Notes under the pieces: generated by a model
Told to the model about the DNA's origin: nothing
The model's input: only the letters and a program-made list of their open reading frames with translations
Database searches by the model: none
Shown: positions 7,604 through 14,862 of the stretch, one piece after another
How the letters are laid out: the number at the start of each line of letters is the position of its first letter
Position numbering within the stretch: the stretch's first letter is position 1
Source of the DNA: Myxococcales bacterium
GTDB taxonomy: Bacteria > Myxococcota_C > UBA6777
Assembly: GCA_027005175.1 (NCBI GenBank)
Contig: JALTMC010000623.1
Location: 1 to 43,259, forward strand
Reading direction: 5' to 3'
Length of the DNA stretch: 43,259 nt
Translations under genes and position numbers: made by a program

Positions 7604-10120
7604 CTAGCGACGATTGCGGTGAGCTTCGTCATGCCCACCTGTGTAGGGCTTCGGTCCAAACTTAAATAGGACAACACCAGCTATGCTTCGGACCTTTGGA
7701 TCGGGGTGTTGGGTGAAGACCTTTTTAAGTATGGGCGCAGCAGCCTTGGCCCAAGGACCCAAGTAATAGAGTAGCCAGAGAGCATTTTTCTGAACCCAGC
7801 TTCTCTTACTTTTGGTGTATTGAACAATGAGCTTGACAGCGTTCTGAATTTGTTGTGGGGTCATGGCTTGAAACTTGTGTTGGTGGAGTGCATGCAAGAT
7901 GTAGATCTTCAGGTCTGTCTTGGCTTTGGAGAGATGGGCGTATAGACCTGGAGTGACCATTTTTGGCTTCCAATGGTTATGTCCCAACATGTCAGTCGCC
8001 ATCGATTGCATGGGGGGGCTACCTTTTTCTAGGAGCTGAAACAGAGCCTTTCGTGCAGTGGAACCCATTTGATGAATCTGTTTGTCAATGAACGGTGCCT
8101 TGCTCTTGGATGACTCACGAAAACTGAGTAACATAGGGATGCTTCGGGCTCCAAGAGGTTGGAGTCTGTTGAGTCGAGTGGTGAGGGACTGTTGTGATGT
8201 TGTGTAGACTCGCTCACCTGTCCAGAGCGCGAGTGGAAGCCAGAGAAGGAGGGTGGCAAGAACACCCATACGTCGAAAGGGTGGGGGGGTTGTCTGATGA
8301 AGCCAGAGTAGGGCGGCTGCGATCAGGCCCCCTGTGACAAAGCCACCCATATGTGCAGAGAAGCTGATCGCCTTAATGGCGATGCCCAGATAGCTGTTGA
8401 GAATAAATAAGATCACGCAAATTAACATTTTGCGTCGGTACCAACTTTGTGGAAGCTGGCTTTTCATCCAAAGTAACACGACAAAGGTGGCACCAAAGAC
8501 ACCGAAAATACTGGCGGACGCACCTACAAGGACAAGGTTTGTTCCACTCCAGAGGGCGGTGAGAAACCCTGCCAGTCCTGAAAGCAGGTAGATATTGGTG
8601 AAGCGCCAAGGACCGACAAAACGCTCGACCAGGGGGCCAAATAGCAAGAGAAAGTAGCTGTTGAAGGTGATATGGAGAATGCCTGCATGGAGGAAGTTAC
8701 CCGAGAAGAGGCGCCAACCCTCCCCGATCTGAAAGATGCCAGGATGACATCCACCGAAACGCATCAGGTGAATGGCGTCGAGGTTTTTCCAGGCCAAAGA
8801 GCTGATCACCTGTGAGATGCTGTTGTACGTATCCGGGAGTGACATCACAACATAAATGAGAATGTTGAGCATCAGCATCAACATCGTGGCCTGGGTCGCT
8901 GTACCCCACAGCACAAAGTCATGCGAGAGATACGTCTCACCCTGAAGCTCCTTGTAATACTGCTGTGCCTGGACTGGGATGTCCTTTACAGAGACAAGAG
9001 TAACCCAGGGCTCTCCTCCTTGCGACTCCACTTCTTTCTCTTCTTCTGTCTCCTCAGCCTTTGCGATCTGCTTTTTATCGACACTTGGATGACCGTTTTC
9101 GACTTCCTTCTCATCAAAACGGCTGTCGCTCTTTTCGCTCTGCTTTGTATCGAAATCTTCATCGCTGTCTTGGTTCTGCTGTGTCTTTCGGTCTTCCCCC
9201 TCTGTTTTTGAGGAAGAGGGGGAGTCCATCTCTCGTTGGTCTTCTTCTCGTTCAAGCTGGCGGAGCTTGGCAGACTTATCTGTGGATTCCGCTTTGTGTA
9301 GGAGGGAGTTTCGCTGTGCGGCTGGAAACAGAAGGTATAGGGCAGAGTCTTTGCGAAATAGTTTCTGTAATTCTCGATGGTAGCCCATATGGGCCAGCCA
9401 CAACAGCCGGGCTTTGTTGTGGAAGATCTCACTCTCTTCTGGAATCATTTTGCTGTCTTGAACATACTCCTTCATGCCTTGGAGAATGGCACTCGCCTCG
9501 GCATATCTTTCTTCTTCACACAGAGCTTGCACCATGTAATAGCCAGCTCCAGAAGGAGGCTCACAATAGATGGGATACAACTCCTCGTTATAGTTGCGGG
9601 TGAGCTTGGGCCAGTCTTCTTGGGTGGCAGCAAAAGCATACAGAGATTCCCATAAGGCTGTGTGGATCGAAACGTTGGGGATCTGTTCGACGACGCTCTG
9701 GAGCTTTTGAAGCTTTTCTTGTGCGCTCTTGTAGGACATGGAGCGGTGCTTCACCTGCACTACCAACTTCATCATTTGTACAAGAACCCGGTTGTAAGCC
9801 GTGGGTTGGAGTAAGAAGCAATACAAGCTGTTGCGATGGGCCTTGCGATAGTTGCCTTGAATCCGAGCCCACTGTGAGCGTTTGCTGAACCTACCAGGGA
9901 CCTCCGCAATGACAAAGCCAACCAATAAGGTCCCCAAGGCCAGATAGATGCCTGCGTCTCCCTGGCTAATGCTGTAGATCGCACTCCCTGTGAGAGCGGC
10001 AAGTATCAGGACCATGGGCCAGTCCCAGGGCAGTCGGCGACGGAGTAAAAACAACATCGCATTCAGAGAAAAGGCTATCACCAAATACATTAAGGGTTCA
10101 ATCAGGTCCATTCGTCTCAC
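7604..10120 (-). CDS. Rhomboid-family intramembrane serine protease, 838 aa, with N-terminal TM/helical-repeat region, acidic linker and C-terminal HEAT-like repeats
   Basis: Rhomboid core motifs: FLHAGILHITFN, GASASIFGVFGA (GxSxG catalytic Ser), AHMGGFVTGG (catalytic His). C-terminus has HPDPKVRSIAGVVLFKFG (HEAT-like). Middle region is Glu/Asp/Ser/Lys low complexity. Confidence 0.85.
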   Translation of the reverse strand: MRRMDLIEPLMYLVIAFSLNAMLFLLRRRLPWDWPMVLILAALTGSAIYSISQGDAGIYLALGTLLVGFVIAEVPGRFSKRSQWARIQGNYRKAHRNSLYCFLLQPTAYNRVLVQMMKLVVQVKHRSMSYKSAQEKLQKLQSVVEQIPNVSIHTALWESLYAFAATQEDWPKLTRNYNEELYPIYCEPPSGAGYYMVQALCEEERYAEASAILQGMKEYVQDSKMIPEESEIFHNKARLLWLAHMGYHRELQKLFRKDSALYLLFPAAQRNSLLHKAESTDKSAKLRQLEREEDQREMDSPSSSKTEGEDRKTQQNQDSDEDFDTKQSEKSDSRFDEKEVENGHPSVDKKQIAKAEETEEEKEVESQGGEPWVTLVSVKDIPVQAQQYYKELQGETYLSHDFVLWGTATQATMLMLMLNILIYVVMSLPDTYNSISQVISSLAWKNLDAIHLMRFGGCHPGIFQIGEGWRLFSGNFLHAGILHITFNSYFLLLFGPLVERFVGPWRFTNIYLLSGLAGFLTALWSGTNLVLVGASASIFGVFGATFVVLLWMKSQLPQSWYRRKMLICVILFILNSYLGIAIKAISFSAHMGGFVTGGLIAAALLWLHQTTPPPFRRMGVLATLLLWLPLALWTGERVYTTSQQSLTTRLNRLQPLGARSIPMLLSFRESSKSKAPFIDKQIHQMGSTARKALFQLLEKGSPPMQSMATDMLGHNHWKPKMVTPGLYAHLSKAKTDLKIYILHALHQHKFQAMTPQQIQNAVKLIVQYTKSKRSWVQKNALWLLYYLGPWAKAAAPILKKVFTQHPDPKVRSIAGVVLFKFGPKPYTGGHDEAHRNRR

Positions 10121-10346
10121 TCAGCGATTTGATTCTGTTACAGAGGATGGGCTCTCTCACTTTATTCCAATTTGAGAGACTTTGTTGTCAGGTAGAGAAA
10201 ACCATCTCAGTTTGTTTCAACTGATCCTCTATAACACGAATCCCTGGCCTTATAATTTTACAAGCATGAATGGTCAAAAGGATGTATGATAGGATCTCTT
10301 GTCATAGTACGATGGTTACAAAAACAAAAGCTGGAGAATCTGTGGA

Positions 10347-10997
10347 ATGAAGATAGCCATTCTGATTGGGCTTGTGATTGCAATTATTGCTGTTGTTGTC
10401 TTGTTGTTGCGCAACAACTCATCCTTAGAGAGTGACGAGGGCAACTCTTCACCACCTCCTTCCAACGATCCAAAGCCAAGCTCGATGAAAAAGCTTAACT
10501 GGATTCAAGGAGCAGGGGGAGAGGTGGGGGGGAAGACATACCATATTGGACAACGATCTGTGACGATCGGTCGCGCTCCCACCAACTTTATCCAAATTAT
10601 GGACCCGAATGTCTCACGTTTTCATGTTCGCTTAACCCCCGTCGACGATGGACTTGAGCTTCAGGATATGAACAGCTCAACAGGAACAAAAGTTAACGAT
10701 GAATTTGTGACAAAAGCTCGTCTGCACACTGGTGATACTTTTACCATTGGCGATGCTTTCTTCATCTTTCATAGGGAAGCCAACTATACCGTAAATGAGG
10801 GTCTTGTTGGTCGTAAAGATATTGGTGGGGACGCGATCAAACCCACACTGATAGAAGACGATGGTGAACTCATCAACAGTCTCGTGATGAAAGCACTTGG
10901 CGAGCACGGTGGTGATGTGATCAAAGTCGCACAGCTCACAAACCTCAGCGTTGATGTTGTCGAAAATATTCGCAACAAATACAAAGCTCGCTCCTAA
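10347..10997 (+). CDS. FHA-domain protein with N-terminal TM anchor
   Basis: VTIGRAPTNFIQIMDPNVSRFHVRL...LQDMNSSTGTKVNDEFV...LHTGDTFTIGDAFFIF matches the FHA consensus (GR...D..VSR.H...D..S.NGT.VN...GD...IG). Confidence 0.85.
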   Translation: MKIAILIGLVIAIIAVVVLLLRNNSSLESDEGNSSPPPSNDPKPSSMKKLNWIQGAGGEVGGKTYHIGQRSVTIGRAPTNFIQIMDPNVSRFHVRLTPVDDGLELQDMNSSTGTKVNDEFVTKARLHTGDTFTIGDAFFIFHREANYTVNEGLVGRKDIGGDAIKPTLIEDDGELINSLVMKALGEHGGDVIKVAQLTNLSVDVVENIRNKYKARS

Positions 10998-11065
10998 ACA
11001 AAGCTCGCTCCTAAACAAAGTTCGCTCCTAAACAAAGCTCGCAACAAAACAAAGCTCGCTCTTGA
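10981..11065. repeat. 17-bp tandem repeat x5 (acaaagctcgctcctaa) starting with the last codons and stop of the FHA gene
   Basis: Units at 10981, 10998, 11015, 11032 and 11049. Unit 1 encodes ...KARS-stop. Lies between convergent genes. Confidence 0.95.
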
Positions 11066-11176
11066 GCGAAGTTTGATTCTTCTTGTGTTGTGGAGTGGGG
11101 GTACTGCACTTCGGCTGTGATGTCGAGCCCTTAGACCTCGCAAAATCGAAAGGTTCTTCTGGGCGAGTGCTTGGTT

Positions 11177-12055
11177 CTACTTGCGTCGTGGGGTGGGTTT
11201 CTTGCGTTGCGGCTGTGATGTTGGTGGTTGGATCTTACGAAATCGGAAGGGGGATTTGGGCAAGTTCAAATGGTTGTGTTTTGGTGTGTTGCGAAGTTTG
11301 GTCGGTACAGGGGCTCGCACAGGAACAGCTAGAGGGATATGGATTTGGGGGGCTCGCACAGGTTTGGGAACTGCGAGTAGTTTCACGGGGGTCGGATATC
11401 TTTTTTTCAGTTGGAAGCCTCGAAGCTGGTTGTCGCGTAGTCGGATCACTGGGAATCTGGGAGAGGGCATACTTTTACCCGGTGCTATCGCCTTTACCAG
11501 AGCTTTGTAAGGCTTGATCTCAACGAGCTTGCAACTGTATTTTTGGGCTTTTGCTTTCATTTGTTTGTTGAGCTGTTTGACCGCCTTGGCGTTGCAGAGC
11601 GGTGCAGCTGCGAGTACAAAAGCAGCTTTTTTGCGATAGGATACTTTGGCTCTAGCGATACCTTCGAAGGAGAGGAGCAGTCGCGACACGCGCGACGGAC
11701 AACTGCCACTTCACGTCATCCCTGAAATCAAAAGGATCATTCGACAAGCGACTTGGATCATTTTGACGTTTTTGCCCTTTTTGCGAATCTTCTTGATTCG
11801 TCCTATTCGAGCATTGGCATGCACTGTGATGGGGGTGATGGGGCGGGCGACCTTTGGAGTGCGAACATGTTTTGGTTTCTGTTCTTTGGTTCTCGCTTGA
11901 GGTTTCAAGCGAGGTCTTTGTCGTGTGGCTTGTGCGGAGGGTTTTGTCTGTGACCGCACCTGTGGGGCCTTTTGTGAGTGAGCTTTTAAGTCGGGTAACA
12001 ACCCAACCACAAGTCCTCCTACTCCTACAATACCCAAACATTTTATCCATCTCAT
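11177..12055 (-). CDS. Secreted HMA-like (heavy-metal-associated fold) protein interrupted by one in-frame TGA at the metal-binding Cys position; candidate selenoprotein or pseudogene
   Basis: ORFs 11711..12058 and 11177..11689 are in the same frame, separated only by TGA (11711-11713). The joined sequence is signal/TM (MRWIKCLGIVGVGGLVVGLL) - basic linker - MILLISGMT[TGA]SGSCPSRVSRLLLSFEGIARAKVSYRKKAAFVLA... - Pro/Lys/Arg tail, which fits the HMA pattern h.h.V.GMTC..C...I...L....GV...V.....A.V. Confidence 0.45.
11676..11707 (-). promoter_or_regulatory. SECIS-like hairpin 4-35 nt downstream of the in-frame UGA
   Basis: RNA: UGA-AGU-GGCA-GUUGUCC-GUCGCG-CGUGU-CGCGAC-UGCU. A 6-bp GC-rich upper stem, a 5-nt apical loop starting 21 nt after UGA with G at loop position 2, and a 4-bp lower stem. 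Confidence 0.35.
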
Positions 12056-12267
12056 CAAAGTCGATCCTTTCCGGTTGAAGTTCTCAAACTCGAAGTATGA
12101 GATACTTGTTTTCTCTTGGCTTTGTCAATGGGTTGGGGGGGGGTTGTACATCACAACCAAATATACATTTTCCCCAAGAAACACGATGGGTACAGTGGTG
12201 GAAGGAACTGCATTTTTTACATCACAACCAAACCAGAACTTTGGACTTTGGAGAAACAGGGCAAGGT

Positions 12268-13380
12268 TCAAAGTGTGGGTGGTTGATAGGCTTTGACGAG
12301 TTCATAAATCGTTCGAATCTCTTCAGGGTAGAAGTATTTCCACAGATCAAATCGGATCTGTTCCTCTCCGTAGCGGTTGTGTTGGTGTGCGATGATGAAG
12401 AAACCAAAGGGCAGGTAGAAGCCAGCTTGTTCGGGAGAGGTCTCCAGACCTATACCAAGCACCTGCTCGTGTGTACACTCTCGCAGCATAGCAAGTCGAT
12501 ACATCAAGAGAAGTCCTCCAAGCCCTTTTCTTTGCCAATCGTGGTGAATGAATCCGCAAATCAGTTGCATTGTGCCTGACTGTTGATTCCAGAGCAAGCC
12601 ACCACAGCCAATGACTTCACCATCCAACTCCATCACCACATAAGATTCCCAGGGGGATTCATGCAAGAACTGCTCGTAGTAGGTGAGCTGACTTTGTGGA
12701 AGGCTGTTTTTATTTGACTTGTAAATCGCAAGGCAAGACTCTAAGTCCTTGTGTTTGTTATAGGGGCGGAATGTGACTTGCTGTGTGAGCTTTGCAGGGT
12801 TTGGTAAAAATGTGGATTGCTCCAGCATGCTGCGGAAGGACGTCACCCAGTCTCTTTGTTCGATACGCTCTTGTAAGGCTGTCGTAAATCTCTCGAAGTC
12901 TCCTTCAAATACAGTGTGTTTGGGAATGCATATCACCACATCATCAAGCAGCCAGAGATAAGCAAATCCCTCGTTTTGTCGATCACAGATTCGAAGCTGG
13001 GTGTTGTGAAAGAACCGACTCCCAAATGGCATAATGAGAGACAACCCTTCTGGTTGAAGGTCGAGAGTTCGGGTGGTGATGTATTCGAAAGGGTCTTCTT
13101 TGAATTGGTGAAGAGCGTTGCGTTTGATCTTGCTCATCGACTTTCTGGTTAAGAGGGGAACAGCAGACCACCACATCAAGAGCTGGCTGAGAATCATACT
13201 TTTTACCAGGAAATCAGGGAGGAGAAGCCCTACGATGAGGATCAATAGACCCGAAATAAAAAGAAAAATATTGAGGATATACTTTTCATTGCTCAAAGCA
13301 TTTTGTTGAGCAGCTTGATATTCTGCGAGGTGCAATCTGGCATCATAAGTCAGCGCATAACGGAGCAACATTCCAATCAC
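12268..13380 (-). CDS. GNAT-family N-acetyltransferase with an N-terminal two-TM (YcxB-like) domain
   Basis: C-terminal VVMELDGEVIGCGGLLW...IHHDWQRKGLGGLLL (GNAT motif A Q/R..G.G). N-terminal hydrophobic pair ILNIFLFISGLLILIVGLLL / ILSQLLMWWSAVPLL. ATG at 13371 (AAGGTGA 5 nt upstream) is an equally likely start. Confidence 0.75.
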   Translation of the reverse strand: MIGMLLRYALTYDARLHLAEYQAAQQNALSNEKYILNIFLFISGLLILIVGLLLPDFLVKSMILSQLLMWWSAVPLLTRKSMSKIKRNALHQFKEDPFEYITTRTLDLQPEGLSLIMPFGSRFFHNTQLRICDRQNEGFAYLWLLDDVVICIPKHTVFEGDFERFTTALQERIEQRDWVTSFRSMLEQSTFLPNPAKLTQQVTFRPYNKHKDLESCLAIYKSNKNSLPQSQLTYYEQFLHESPWESYVVMELDGEVIGCGGLLWNQQSGTMQLICGFIHHDWQRKGLGGLLLMYRLAMLRECTHEQVLGIGLETSPEQAGFYLPFGFFIIAHQHNRYGEEQIRFDLWKYFYPEEIRTIYELVKAYQPPTL

Positions 13381-13422
13381 CTTTCGCTCTCAACCTTCCA
13401 AACAAGTACAGAGCAGACTCCC

Positions 13423-13533
13423 GTCCTATCCGTGCTTGCCAACTCTACCACCAACAGGTTTTTCTCCCATGGAAAGGACTTGGGACTCTCTCCCTGTGCA
13501 GTCCTATCTGTGCTTGCCAACTCTACCATCAAC
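13423..13533. repeat. 33-bp direct repeat x2 (gtcctatcYgtgcttgccaactctaccaYcaac), 78-bp period, in a divergent intergenic region
   Basis: Copies at 13423-13455 and 13501-13533, with 2 mismatches. Confidence 0.9.
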
Positions 13534-13828
13534 CTCGTTTGAGTTGAAGGCTCTTTTGGCCCGTTCCTATCAAAAATGGAGTCTACAAACACTGTCTCCG
13601 AATGTGGCTTGTGTGTTACGTGACCATCCACCATTTTTATCGATTCACAAAGAAAGACTTGCGATCCGCTCGTAAAATGATCACAATATGTTGTGTGGCG
13701 AATTATTTTGTGCGCTACATCGTGGATAGTTGATCATTTACTCCAACGTAATGTCTTGCAACGCTTCGAATCACGGGGGTAACGAGAAAAGGCCGAGTTG
13801 TAAGGCAGCGGTAGGGAGGAGATATTCA

Positions 13829-14605
13829 ATGCCTCAAAGAAAACGAAAACAAGTTTGGAAGAGCGCTGCTGCGAGACGGTTTTTTGCGTTGGCAGGCAAC
13901 CCGGCGACCATAGAAGAGGCTGTGCGTATTGTTGCAGAGCGTCTTTTGGGTGGTGCGGTAGAGGCCCCAACCCCTCTTGATACAGTGGCAGAAGCGGTGG
14001 GTCTGACAGTGACCTCCACAGAAGAAGATACATCAGTGGATGACACCATTCACGATGATGGTCTGCGTTTCTATGAGACAACCACCTCCTCTCCGATTGA
14101 GCAGCGTATGGAGCTGGCTCGTCAGATCGCGAGAGCCTTTTTTGCTTCTCTCAAGCCGAGAGGTTTTACACGAGGTGTGGAACTGGATAAGATTTGTGAA
14201 CTCTTGGCGACAGAGCTTGTCTTGCCCACAGCAGCTTTCCACTCCGCTCGGAGAGGAAAGCTCTCCGTCGAGCAGATCGTTGCGATCGCGGAACAGTTTG
14301 AGGTCAGCTTACGGACCGCAGCTCGGCGATTTATCGATCTGCCATTTGTGGCGATCTTGGAGGTCTCTCCTGATTCTGTGAATTGGGCGTATGGTGGTGT
14401 TCGTACAGGGTATATCGACCAGCAGGAACCCGATTTTCGAGCGATTCTTGAATATCTTGTACAATCAGATTATGAGAAACCCATTCTCTTCTTCTCACCC
14501 AAATGGCCCTGGTTTGGTAGTCGATGTGTGGAATGGAAACGACTTAACTTCAACAAAACCCTTGTCTTAATCCGACTCCCTCGCCAGACAGAACGCTCCT
14601 CCTAA
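13829..14605 (+). CDS. ImmA/IrrE-like (DUF955-type) protein with degenerate metalloprotease motif
   Basis: Start at ATG 13829 (GGGAGGAG upstream). ICELLATELVLPTAAFHSA...LSVEQIVAIAEQFEVSLRTAARRFIDL resembles the ImmA/IrrE C-terminal helices (E..AN.FA.ELLMP....L..LA..F.VS..A...RL). The position of HEXXH reads RMELARQIARAFF. Confidence 0.45.
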   Translation: MPQRKRKQVWKSAAARRFFALAGNPATIEEAVRIVAERLLGGAVEAPTPLDTVAEAVGLTVTSTEEDTSVDDTIHDDGLRFYETTTSSPIEQRMELARQIARAFFASLKPRGFTRGVELDKICELLATELVLPTAAFHSARRGKLSVEQIVAIAEQFEVSLRTAARRFIDLPFVAILEVSPDSVNWAYGGVRTGYIDQQEPDFRAILEYLVQSDYEKPILFFSPKWPWFGSRCVEWKRLNFNKTLVLIRLPRQTERSS

Positions 14606-14862
14606 CTCAAATCCACTTGGTTCAACCCTTTGGTTTCCCCTTTGCTTGCTTCAGCTCTTTGTTTTGCTCTTAAGGGCAGTTCGAAACCCTCAGAGTGGGG
14701 AGCAGCCCCATGGATATACAGGAAATTTCGCTATGTCCACTTGCCTTGGAGGCTGTCAGGTTCTTGTTTAAGCAACTTTTGGTAACTTTCGCTGTAGTCA
14801 AAGATATTGTAGACTGTGGGAGGTTGAGAGAGTCAGAAATCCTTCTCTTTGTTGGAGTCGTT

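Noticed and set aside
11083-11517. Plus-strand ORFs (144 and 109 aa), rich in Gly/Val/Cys/Trp.
   Set aside because: They are antisense to the Pro/Lys-rich tail of the HMA-like gene. This composition is typical of reverse-strand translation of Pro/Lys-rich coding sequence.
13377-13634. 85-aa minus-strand ORF overlapping the GNAT start by GTGA.
   Set aside because: Its sequence is dominated by translation of the 33-bp direct repeat (VVELASTDRT twice). It has no SD, and the GNAT more likely starts at ATG 13371.
14695-14862. 56-codon N-terminal extension of the ATP-grasp ORF (GTG 14695 or ATG 14710).
   Set aside because: Not fully excluded, since GGGGAG precedes ATG 14710. The extension contains TGTAGA-type motifs typical of non-coding leaders here, and ATG 14863 has a well-spaced GGAG. 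I kept 14863 as the start.
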